A stretch of DNA of 64,000 bases from Haliotis rubra. Lineage: Eukaryota. Of this stretch, positions 13,023 to 24,953 are shown in pieces. The stretch is taken from assembly GCF_003918875.1 (NCBI RefSeq), contig NW_025767509.1, positions 248,001 through 312,000 on the forward strand. The letters run 5' to 3'. The notes below the pieces were generated by a model. That model did no database searches and was not told where the DNA came from. It saw only the letters and a list, made by a program, of their open reading frames with translations. The translations under genes were made by a program, and so were the position numbers. The stretch's first letter is position 1. The number at the start of each line of letters is the position of its first letter.

Positions 13023-15778
13023 ACGTTTTTTCTGTTACAGAGAGCGATATTACTATTGGTTCCTAAGCAACTGGTTGTTGTGTTTTTGTCCTGATTCCAT
13101 ATGTTTCATCCACGCAATATATTTATTGCCTGAGAAATGAATTCGACGATATTGAAAACACAAGTCTAATTTAACACCATAATTTGTCACTCGTCGACAA
13201 GGCCGTTTGTATTCCATAACTCAAGACGTCAATGTTTAATTGGATTTCAAAAAGTTGGATTGAAAAAGTACATGATATACATAAGATGATTTCCGCTCAT
13301 TCATGCTCTGTGTTGTTTGCCAGTGTATAGGTGTGTGGATGTAAGTATAAATATTTAGGCGGATTGTGTAAGTGGCGAGTGCCATAGGTGGGGAGGACAA
13401 CTCTTTTGTTGTTAGTTGTCGCGTAAAGCTGCACACAGAAATCTTTCAGCCTGGAAACACGCCAAAGAGTGTGAGAATAAGTTGTTTAATGCCCTTTGTT
13501 TGTTTGCTGTTTATTGCTCCACTCAGTAATGAGAAGTCTATGTAATAGGTTAGCATGCCGAAAGGTATTTGATTAATAGTTTTGAAGTCGGTGTATGCAA
13601 AATCTCCACACAAGCAATTATCTCACAAACATTCTATATCATCCGGCCTTTGCCTCTTTTACCCAGCAGGGATTTTAATATCCGCTCGACTTGAAATTAA
13701 GTATACTTCCCAGGGAGATGAGAGTGTATTTATTAATGAAAAGGTGATTGATAGTATGTGCAAAAATACATAAAGGTCACTCGCAGTTGACGAAAACACT
13801 GATGCTGGGCAACCTATCCATTCTGTAGGCTCTTACGACCAGTAAAATCATTGGTAGACACATACATCAGATGCCATTTGCTCAAGCACATTGTGCGGCC
13901 GTTGAGGAGATCCAAGGCACATTTAGGCATCATTGTTTTATATAGTATGGACATAGATGTGTACTAATCTATCAGTAAACAGATACACCATTTACGGAAG
14001 TAAGACCGACATAAGAAACGTTGCAAAAACCTTCAAAGCTACTCTGATGTTGCTACAGGAACTAGATAAACAGACATGGTGTAACTGAATCTAGAGATAG
14101 AATTTCCGAATACGAAGGGCTAATGCTGCCACTTTAGTAACATAAAATATATTTTTCAATGAAAATTCTCGTTACTTTGATTATTTTGTCGGTGCCTGGG
14201 AGTATATATTTCAATTAGCTTCTCGGTGTTTCAGTTACTTTTTTATGATTGAAAGTCTTTGAAAGAAACTAAAAGAAACTACTAAAAGCAACGAATAAAA
14301 TATTCGAAATTTCAACCAAAAATTTGAATTAACGAGAAGTAGTAGAAGGAACAAGAAAACACTCGAAAAATCTAGTCTTCGAAAGAAATTTAAAGCAGTG
14401 GAAAACAATGGTAGCATAAGGCTTAAGTTCAAGATCTGATCTGGGCTCACACCTGATCATGAATTTATAATCAAGCAACTTGGGATGGGGAATGGGAAGT
14501 ATATCTCAACGGTTGTCAGAAAGTTGAAGAAATGCTCCCTGTATATTACAGCTTGTTCAGCTTGACCTGATCAAGTGAATACTAATGAATTGCGTGACCG
14601 TGTCACAACTGGTTGGGTCCATTATTGTGAATGGGTGCACCTTTGTCAGTTGATTGTCAACATGTCCGAACAGCCGAGACAAGGTCGCCGTTTGACATCT
14701 CAGTGACGAGAAATCGTCAGCAATGTCCTTACTTTCTTTAACAAATAAGCTACAGGTGATAGCGAGAGTGAAACGGATTGTGAAAGTAACTGACGTCTGT
14801 ACGTTGTAAAGTTAGTAAACCAAGCTAGATAGCATAGCATATGACTGCATAAACAATTCAAGAAAAACATGAAATGATTATTTTTTCAGAAGTGTTGTTT
14901 TCCGGGACAAGTTCTGTAACGAATCCATTTATGCATGCTTCGCACGAACGCAGCATTAATTACATTCTCTGCTCACCTATTTAATGAAGTTAACTCGACC
15001 TGCCGTTTTTGCCATTTGACCTACCGGGTCATGCATATGTAGAGTAGCTTAGGTCAAACTGAACAAGCTGTAGTAAATTAAGCTGTTTGTGATATTTGTC
15101 AAATAAATGCCACATAATTCATCAGTGATTTGTATTGATGATATCATATTATTGATAATCAACTTAACAGACTAAATTTTCGGAATGAAACACGTTCACC
15201 ACCGCTGCATTAATTCTAATAAACGATAAAAAGAAACTGTTCACTTGCGAATAAAACTTGTATCTCCATCAACGACATGTGCAGCGATAGGTTTGAACGT
15301 TATGTTATAACATTAGTCCAAACACAAACTGCATCCATGAAAGACGCTTGTCTCGCTTGTCATATGCATTGAATTCATGAAAAATCGAAACAAAGAAAAA
15401 ATTTTGGTTGAAAATGTTCGTGCATGATAGTTGCTTAAATACCGTAGTGCGTCAGTGCAAGGATAGAGTATCGATACTACAGCGTCAGAGAGATATCGAG
15501 ACTTAATCAGGCAGTGATTAAGTGACTGGGTTTAGTTTGAAGCTGCTCTTTGTAATATTCCAGCAATATTACAAAATACCAGAATTGGGCTTCACACATT
15601 GTACTCATGTGGGGAAATCGAACTGGGTTCTCCAGAATGAAGAGCAAATGCTTTAACCACTAGGCTGCCCCACTGTCCACCGCACATGGTGATATCGGCC
15701 CCCTCAACGTGGTATTACAAGATCTTGCAACTGAAGCCAGGCACCATCAACAACCTGTTGAGCAGCCGTTGGCGTTAG

Positions 15779-15945
15779 ACTGACTGACTGAGTTTGATTT
15801 TACGCCGCTTTTAGCAATATTCCAGCAACATCACGGCGGGGGGACACCAGAAATGGGCTTCACACATTGTACCTATGTGGGGATTCGACGCCGGGTCTTT
15901 GGCGTGACGAGCCAACGCTTTAACCACTAGGCTACCCCACCGCCC
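15779..15945 (-). mobile_element. SINE family B, full length
   Basis: tRNA-like head, shared tail, TSD ccgttggcgttaga on both sides; an older copy lies at about 15520-15680. Confidence 0.92.
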
Positions 15946-18900
15946 CGTTGGCGTTAGAACAAATAAAACCATGCAAAGAGTAGTTTACAAGTCCACATTG
16001 GAGGCATTCTAGACGCGTATTATCTAAGTGTGTAAAAACAATCTCCTTGATAAGTTACTTTTCGTTACTTTATTTGTTTTGTGGTTCAAGAACTCACATT
16101 CCGTTGTATAAAACGTCTCCGCCTGGAAATAATCATCTCGAGATAGCTGCTTACAGATTCTTTGGGATGCCAAATAATGATGGGAACAATATGAATGGGA
16201 GACTGTGATAACACCTTGTGTCCACCAAATGCTTTCCCTTCCTTGCTCTCATGGAACTACCCACCACTAACACCATTTCCATTAAAAAGCGCCAGTGAGG
16301 TTAAAAAAACAAAACCATGCCACGTCACATTTAGTAAATCACTCTGAATGTCTGCCACAAATGACTACAGGATGAAAGCTATCTCACAGCCAACAGGATC
16401 CTTTGAAGAAGAAATCTGTTAATAATTCCTATGTTACATTCACAGTCCATCAAGGACCTGAAAAGAGTGTCAAAGATATTAAATAGTATAACTATGGCAA
16501 CAGATGGAGAGGTATGATCAGAACATCAAACGATGTTTTACAAAGCAAACCATGACTGCGATACCCACTGAATACATTTCAGCTAATGAGTGACATTTGG
16601 ACAGATTCAAGAGACATGTGCACACCACACATCAAAGACCATTGTACAAAGTACAGATTCAAGGGAATAATAATTAGTACATTTTATTGTATTCATTCAG
16701 TTAATGAATGTCATTTGGAAAATGAATTATTGAATATGTAATTATGACTTGTTAATATAAGGCGCGTGGACAGAGATGGATTGAGAATGGAATCCATTAG
16801 ATGGGTTGTTATATTAAAGAAGGGAAGTAAAGCCAATACTTTGACTATTTGCAGACAATTTAGGAAAAAACAACATGCACTATCATACCACAGCATGTTA
16901 ATTGACCGTACTTGAAGACCGCAAGTAAATCTGTCAAAACGTTTTAGGGTATATTCAACTTCTTCCACGTGTTCTCATGTTTTAGGTGCAACTTGACCTG
17001 CCTTTGAATGTGTTTGTGACGAATGGTCCCGGAATGCAATAAACATCACCCATGCCGATAGAGGAAGACGGTATTGAAATTTACGGACTTTCTATTCAGC
17101 TGCACAAATTCTACAATAATTGATCACATTAATTAATAGAAGATGTATCCACATTTATGAGTCCTTGTTCATTTCACATTCAACAATGTGGTATTAATTC
17201 TTAGGAAATCCTTAATGCTTTGAAACGTGTCACCGTTCCATTCCGCAGAGAGGTAATTCTACTCTGCTCGATGCATGTTTTGTCTCACAGTTGAGTTGTA
17301 TGTATAATACATGCCAATGCACCTATTTCGTACGGATATGGTAGTGGGCTGATTTCGTAATGCAGTTTTCATATGTATTTTCTAACATTGTCAGGCCCAG
17401 TTTACTTTCATTTGGGCCCATTTAATCCTGAAGAGATAGCTGACCATGTTAATACAGATCTATATTTTAGTTTGCCATTTTCTCAGATGCCATTACCTGG
17501 ATGCCGAGTGGACAACAGCAATCTCTTTGATTCATCCATGTGAAGAAACAGTAAAATATATATGTAACTGGAATCCTACATGTATTCTTACCTTCGAATC
17601 CACTCATGGATTCTGTAAACAAATCCCCATAAATAATTTCAAAGCCTAATCATATCAGCACAACAGGTCAAACTAACCTTATATTACCAAATCAGAACTT
17701 CCCTGTTTCATAAACGTAACACCACTTCCTTACAAATCGACTTTGGTTTTGATTATAGACTCATGCAGATGAATTCCCTCATGTGCAGTTCATACAATCA
17801 ATGACGTCGACGTCCGATGCCGTCAAGGATCAAATGTGTTTGTTTTCTCGAGAATGAAGGAGTTTCAAGTCCTTTGCCAACGCTGTGTAAAGTAGCATTT
17901 GCGTCTACAATTGGTATAGAGCACGTCCATGTGAATGTCGGAGACGATCAAACAATTGTTGGAAAAAGTTGTTCTGCAGATGAATGGTTTAAGGAATCTT
18001 CAAACGATTTGTTGTCGTAGTTGTAATCCATAGTTAAGTTGCGTCGAACCTTTAGGTTTAAAAACTAGTGAAAACGTTTGACATAGTCACTTTGGACTTT
18101 GATCTTGACTTTCTCTTAACCGAATCCACCAGGGGGTCTTTTTTATTTGATGCAACTAACATATGTTTCAAAGACACGTCATGCTCAATTCCCATAATCA
18201 TGTAGCACACACTGAACCATTTCTGTGAAGTCATTATGACGACAATTGTTTCCACAAACGGTTAGTCTTATTGATCTTGTACGGGACGTGTGAACATTGT
18301 GGGTTTGAAATTGATGGGACTCCATTGTGTCTTGGCAGTTTCAAGTAGTTTTACATCAAGTGTGACATCATTGTGAATTCATAGTTCAGATGAGTTTGTA
18401 ATAAGCAAACAATTTATTAACTATTTTCGCCTATTTAACACCGATGCATTATCTGGTCCAGCTTCCTCACCTGTAACCTCTCAAGGGGAATATAAATAAT
18501 CAGTTCTCAACCTAATTATCCATTCCCTAAAGTGTGAATGGTGAATTATGTTTCTTTTCCCACCGATTGCACGTAATTGTCCTATCGACATTTACAGATG
18601 CATCACTTAGACAGAAATACAATGTATCCCTGCATCATCAGGTTTTATTTAACGCGGTTAATCATGAATAATCACTTTTGATCGGGTCAACCATTTTGTA
18701 CGTTTATTCTTAAATGTCACCATTCTCCCGATCTTTGTCCCAGCAAATCTGTTTCTTCCTCCCAGCAGTTTGAACAATGGACTATGTCAACACTGTAACA
18801 CCTTCTTCTTGTATGTTGTATGCGTTATTTTAAAGGACTGAGTGATGTTTCAAAGAATCGTCAGGCTCACTTGCCGTTACCATGTAGCAAAGATCGGTAC

Positions 18901-19500
18901 ATGGTCTTTGAATAATTTCCATGAAGCGAATAGTTTTTCGCAAAAGGTTTGTCAATAGTGAAGTATAATCAATTTGCACGTAGTTATTATGTCGACAATT
19001 ACAGATGCATCGCTTAGTCAGAAATACAATGACCAGCTTCAGATTTTATCAAACGCAGTTAATCATGAATAATCACTTTTGATCTTGTCAACCATTTTTT
19101 ATGTTATTTTTAAATGTCACCATTTTCCCGATTTTATGGCCTAGCACATATCTTTCTTCCTCCTAGCAGTTTGAAAAATGCACTCTGCCAACCCTGTATT
19201 CACCACTCCTTATTGTATGTTAACTGAATCATCTCAAACCTCTCCTCACTGTTAAGTGACACTTCCCAACGATCGACAGATGCATCTGTTTCATGCAGTG
19301 GACCCCATACCAGCCCCTTTGATTTTTGCTGCCAGGTGACGCACTGCATACAAAGATCTCAAACGTGCTCGCTGTTCGTTAACTTGGACACAGTGATCCG
19401 TACTGTAAACTGTTGTTAATTGAAATTAACTGTCAAGACCTAAACGAATTGCCACGAGGCTACCCCGCTGCCTCCATCAACTACTTAATATCCATGATAA

Positions 19501-19860
19501 GACCGCCTCCGTGGTGAAGTGGTTAGAGCGTCCGCCCGGAGAGCGGAAGGTCGCGGGTCCGATCCCCGACCGCGTCATACCAAAAGACGTTAAAATATGG
19601 TACTTGTTGGTCCCTGCCTGACGCTCGGCATTAATGGGTACAACAAGGACTGGTCGGCTCGGAGTCAGTTTAATGTGTCTGAGTGGGGTATTCATTCTTC
19701 ACTGCGGCATGGTATCTCAGTGGGCTAGCACTATAAAACCAGCTTAAGTCTGGGCTAGTACAAGCAGCCGCACTTACACATACACACGCATGCACGTCGT
19801 CATAGGAGCGAAATATTCTCAAGCACGACGTTAAACCCAATTTCACCTCACCACCTCACC
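19501..19860 (+). mobile_element. SINE family C, full length
   Basis: High identity to the 11856 and 43103 copies. Confidence 0.92.
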
Positions 19861-20221
19861 TAGTATATGATACTTTGATGAGAAGCATTAAAGGCGACAG
19901 CAAAACAACTCCTTGTTAGTGATTATCAAAATTGTTTTGGGGATAATAACTGGATCAGCAACGTTTCCATGTTGACTCGTACACAGTTTTTAAGGTGGCG
20001 CCTGAAGATGTTGCCAATAAAGTGTGTACCTATATCTTGTGCTAATTCCATACACAAACTTTATGTTCAAAGCCCCATCACTATTACCCTGGTCAATGGA
20101 TCAGTGGGGACTGCAACCCACGCTGCATAAAAGGCGCCAGATGGTTAACAGTAATATGACCATCTCTGGACACGTCGGTAGGTCAATGTTCTGTTCAGCC
20201 TCGTAAGTAACCCCCAAAAAA

Positions 20222-20223
<2 letters not shown>

Positions 20224-20257
<34 letters not shown>

Positions 20258-20258
20258 A
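20224..20258 (+). repeat. (CAA)n microsatellite
   Basis: Direct observation. Confidence 0.95.
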
Positions 20259-23106
20259 AATACAACCAAAAAAACAACACTGACTCTACAGAGTCATGTT
20301 ATATCCTCCTAGATTTATTTGGAAGAACAAGTGGTAGAACTTCCATCGTTTGAATTTCGCTCACGTTACAAAATGTGATGTAATAATCACATTCAGGTCG
20401 TTTTCTTCTTTTACTGAAAACGATATTACAGTGGTTCCTAAGCAACTGGGTGTTTTTGTCCTGATTCCATGTGTTTCATCTAGGCAATGTGTTTATTATC
20501 AGAGGAATGCATTTGACGAGATGGAAAACACAAGTGTAATTTGACACCATTATTTGTCACTCGTCGACAAGACCAGTTGTATTCCATTACTCACGGCCTG
20601 AATGTGTTGTTTAATTGGATTTCATCTGGAAAAGTACATGATGTATATAGATAATATGCACTCACTGGCATCGTCATAGATGTCGTGACTATTGGATTAC
20701 CAGGAACTAGCAAATAATCAGGTTCCTGACAATGGTAAGCTTAAGATGTATTTCACAAACAAAAGAACGTGAAATAACAAAAACTCGCTGGAACTGTTTT
20801 AACCCGCAATATAACAGCTGACATATCGAGCTTTGTGTTGTGTGCAATTGTCTTTACAGTATGTAATTGTGAGAGTGTAGGTTTAGGTGTTTATTCAAAT
20901 TGTGTAAGTGACGAGTGCTATGGGTTTGAGAGGACATGCCTACACCTTGCTCGTTGTTGCCACAGGAGTGTGTGAGGTTGTATTGTCTTGTCTGATTGAC
21001 ACTCAGCAATTTTCCAGCTCTTTGACAGTGCTATGTATATAATCGAGTCAGGACCAGAGAATCCAATGATTCATGTCATGCACCTCTATCTATGCACTTC
21101 GGATTCGATGACCAATTCAAAGTTTGATCTTAATTGGCGTGTGAGCGAATGGACTTGTTTCTTCGTGGCGTTGAAGTTATTTGTTTCTGTAGTATTGTTA
21201 CATTTGTGAGATCTTTACTAACAAAGTTGTATGTTAAATCGTCATACAAGCAGGTATCTCACACACATTCTATAATGTATTGCCTTTACCTCTTTAACGC
21301 AGCAGGGATGTGGGTATCCGACAGGTGTGGAATATAGTATACTTCCCAGGGAGATGAAAATGTATTCAATAACGAAAAGGTGATCAATGGTATAAGCAAT
21401 AGCAAATGAAAGTCACTCGCAGTTGACGAAAATACTGATGCTAGTCAGCCGATCTGTTTGGTAGGCTCTTGCGACCAGTAACATCATTGGTAGACAGATA
21501 CATCAGGTGGCATTTGTGTAAGCACGTTGTGCGGCCATTGTGTGGATCCAGGGCACATTAAGGTGACATTTCTTTACATAGTAGGGATATAGACATATAC
21601 TAATCTATCAGTAAACAGATACGTCATTTACGGAAGTAAGACGGAAATAACAAATGTTGCTTAAACCCACAAGACTGCTCTGATGTTTCTGACAATATCA
21701 TTTGTGTCATTACCTTGTTCCCGTCCGTAGTCGTGTCTATAGCTGTTCACATTGCTATAGCAACTAGATAAACAGAAATGAGGTAACTGTTTATTAGGAT
21801 AAGTTTCCCGAACACGAAACACTAATGCTGCTACTTTTTGTAGCATGAAATATTTATAAAAGCGGCAATTCTCGTTATATCGATTATTTGGTCGTTACTT
21901 GGGAGTATTTATTTCAATTAGTTTCTCTTTCTTTCAGTTGTTTTCTTGTTACTTCGATTTGTTTAAGTCTTTGAAAGAAACTTATAAAAAATATTCAAAA
22001 CTACGAGAAATTAATTCAAACAACGAGAAAATACTTCAACAAAATATTTGGAATGAAAATAATCGAAGGAACGAGAAACCACTCGAAAATTCAAGTCTTT
22101 TTTGCAAGGAAAACAGTTAAAGCAACGAGACATTTCTCTGGAAAGTATGTTATACTACAAAGTGGCATCAGCTGCCCGCACTACCCCGTCTTGTGAGGAA
22201 CACATGGCTCATACTGACATATAATCTCATTCTTCACAGCGATCCTTCGTAGCCTAGTGGATAACACCACCAAGCTAGTAAGCGAAGGGTTGCAGGTTCC
22301 AAACCAAGCATCGTCAATGTATTGGAAGTTTTCAATGATGTGATATTTTAATATCGCATTCAGTAATTGACAAAGTTATATCATTCTTTAGAACAAGTTA
22401 AGTCAAAGGCTATTCTTCAGAAAATCCTAGGGGATGCCCGCGAAACTGCCTGTTGAGGTTTACTCGGTAAAGGAGAGACACTTGAGTGGGTCACTGAAGG
22501 TTTTAGAACAAATCTTCCGTCACGTCTTTTAATGTCGGCCAATTCCACTGCCTGCATTTGATATATTACGACGTGATCTCCATGTCACTGATTGCATGTG
22601 GCAGTTCTTAAGAAACCTATTTCATTTCATGATGGTATTAGTTGAATCTATTTGTTGTACCTCAACAACAAAAGATGTTCGTGTAGAGCACGTTGAGCAT
22701 ATAATCGCTCGTGTAACCTCTCGCTTTGAAGACCTATATTATTCCGCGGCGCAGCTGGTTGTTGTATGGCTGTCCGTGTAAACACAAAGTCGCCCGTAAC
22801 AAATAAAACTGAGACACATATCCCTCAGCATGTTGCAAGCTGCGACGTTAATACAGTTTGACCCTCATTCTTTAAAACTTCGTACTCCAGTGAAATTCAA
22901 TTCGTAAATGAAGCCGTTTTCCTCTATTTCCATTTACTTTAGAGCTTGTTGTTGCAAAATGGTACATAATTGATCAGTGATTTGTAGTTGAAATATCACA
23001 TCAATGTTAACGAACTTAAAAAGACCACCTATCAATTCTCGGAATGAAACACATTCACCATCACGGCATCTGTTGACATAACGGATAAAGCGAAACTGTT
23101 TACGTG

Positions 23107-23471
23107 TAGGGGTGGGTATTGCAGAGAATTTTCATATTCCGATATATTGCGAAGCGAAAGCATGTATTGCGATATGTATTGCAATATATTGCATGAAGTA
23201 TTTTTAAAAAAAAACTACTTATAATCGAGTTAATGTTTGATTTATAGAGCAAAAACACAACAAAAGCACTATGCTTGATTAAGCTTTAATAGCAACTTTT
23301 AATTATGTTAAATATAAATGTGAATAATATTTGGCACAAGTGAAAAAGGAAATATCCGAAGATTTCCTAGTGTTACGACGTTTTCCGAGTGCAAGTCAAA
23401 ATACCGGTTTTCGAGCAGCGTATCGCAATACGTATCGTTTTCATGTCTGAACCGGTAAACCGGTTATATTG
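23107..23471. mobile_element. hAT-like MITE
   Basis: TAG...CTA termini; 8-bp near-TSD tttacgtg/ttcacgtg; subterminal tattgc repeats; absent from the paralogous copy at about 15245. Confidence 0.65.
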
Positions 23472-23714
23472 CGCAAGGCTATTCACGTGTCAATGAAAGA
23501 TTTATCTGCACCAAAGACGAAGCGATAGGTTTGAACGTTATGATATAACATTAACCTAAACACATCCTGTGCACCAATGAAATACGTTTTTTCCAGGAAT
23601 TTTGTGCAGTCATGAAAAATCGAACAACTTTTGAAAATGCTCGAGCATAATTGTTGCTTAGTATGGGACAGAGCATGGATGCAGCATCATAGAAATGTCG
23701 AGATTAACTCAGGT

Positions 23715-23870
23715 ACTGAGTGAGTGGCCTTAGCTTTTCGCCGGTTTTCGCAATATTCCAGCAATATCACGGAGGAAATTGAATTCACATATTTTGTCCA
23801 TGTGGGGAATCGAACCCTGGTCTTCGGCGTGACAAGCGAACGCATAAACCACCTGGCTACCACACGGCCC
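23715..23870 (-). mobile_element. SINE family B, diverged
   Basis: Family match (gcaatattccagcaatatcacgg..gaatcgaaccc). Confidence 0.8.
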
Positions 23871-24357
23871 GTCTTACACAGGCAGATCGTTACAGAGCTG
23901 ATATTGGGCCTCTCAGATTGCAGGAACCTTTAACTGGAGTCAAGCCATCTACAGCAACTTGTTGAACCGTTATCGGCAAACAGACACAAATTCGGGAAGA
24001 TCAAGGGTCAAATCACTAGAGGAAGGCGAACAAGGAGAAGATCAGTTTACTTCTAACATGTTCACATTGGCGGTAATTCCAGACGTGTATTTAAGTGTGT
24101 AAAGCGAATCCCCTTAATCAGTTACTTTTTTACATACTTTTTTGGTCACATTGTACCGTCAAGCTGACTTCAGCAACTTGTTTAACCGTTATCGGCAATA
24201 ATTCGGGAAGAGCAAATTTTAAATCGTTAGAACAAGGTGAACAATGGTAGCAGTGCTAGAGAAGGTGAAGAGTAGTTCAGTTCTAACATATCCACATTGG
24301 AGGTAATTCCAGACGCGTATTATCTAAGTGTGTAAACAGAATCTCCTTGATCAGTTA

Positions 24358-24953
24358 CTTTATTATCCCCCGCAACGCGTTTTCCTGGGGGGAAATTAAA
24401 ATGGACTCCGTCCGTGCGTGTGTGCGTGCGTCCGTCCGTCCGTCCGTGCACATTTGTCTTTTCCGGAGCAGAACTCTAAAACCGTTCAATATTTCTTCAC
24501 CAAATGTGGCACATACATGGATCTGGTGGTGTACTGGTGCCTTTTGGTAGTTTTGGAATTCTGAATACAATATTTTTGGCGTTTTCATGGCAACAAGTTC
24601 GACTTAGACTGAAATTAGTGGTAGTGCTCTTTTGCGGGGCAGAACTGTAAAACCGCTCAATATTTCTTCACCAAACTTGGCACATAGATAGATCTGGTGG
24701 TGTACTGGTGCCTTTCGGTAGTTTTGGAATTCTGAATAAAATATTTTTGGCGTTTCCATGGCAACAAGTTTGACTTAGACTGAAATTGTTGATAGTGCTC
24801 ATTTCTGGAGCAGAACTTTAAAAAACCTTTCAATACTCTCCTTCCACTTTTTTATATACACACCTAATTATTTGACATAATCATAACTCGTAGACATAAT
24901 CATGCAGAGTATTTTGCCATTGCGGGGGGATATTGATGACTTTGTCTTCTTGT
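24358..24953 (+). mobile_element. Helentron-associated (HINE/DINE-1/pearl-like) non-autonomous element with internal tandem cores of about 170 bp
   Basis: Subterminal inverted repeats atcccccgcaa and ttgcggggga; (gtcc)n/(gtgc)n microsatellite; about 2.2 tandem core repeats from 24468; T-rich insertion site; absent from the paralogue at about 16060. Confidence 0.8.

Larger units (their letters stand above)
8560..14170 (-). pseudogene. Decayed copy A of a CUB/C-type-lectin multidomain gene, interrupted by LINE and SINE insertions
   Basis: Colinear with 17250-21850. Stitched minus-strand translation gives WIGCPASVFSSTASDLYVFLH (13759-13822, CUB-like), YSVGRVHYSNC*EEAK..GRMVTF (about 10930-11020, CTL-like) and MH*HD...FCETKH (8593-8650, CTL end); many stops and frameshifts. 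Confidence 0.65.
14450..21850 (-). pseudogene. Decayed copy B (longest): CUB-like, CTL, CUB, CTL, CUB, CTL, then LDLa-like remnants
   Basis: Stitched motifs: SSPTFTW (17927-17947), ASDVDVIDCMNCT, RKWCYVYETG, GFEIIYG (17625-17647) for CUB; SMSGFEGKNTC, ENCITK, VHWHD (17309-17323) for CTL; HKCGY..AWVM; TDELCG (about 15110) and TCPGKQHF*KNN (about 14880-14913) LDLa-like. Differences between copies are mostly synonymous or conservative in this frame. Confidence 0.7.
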
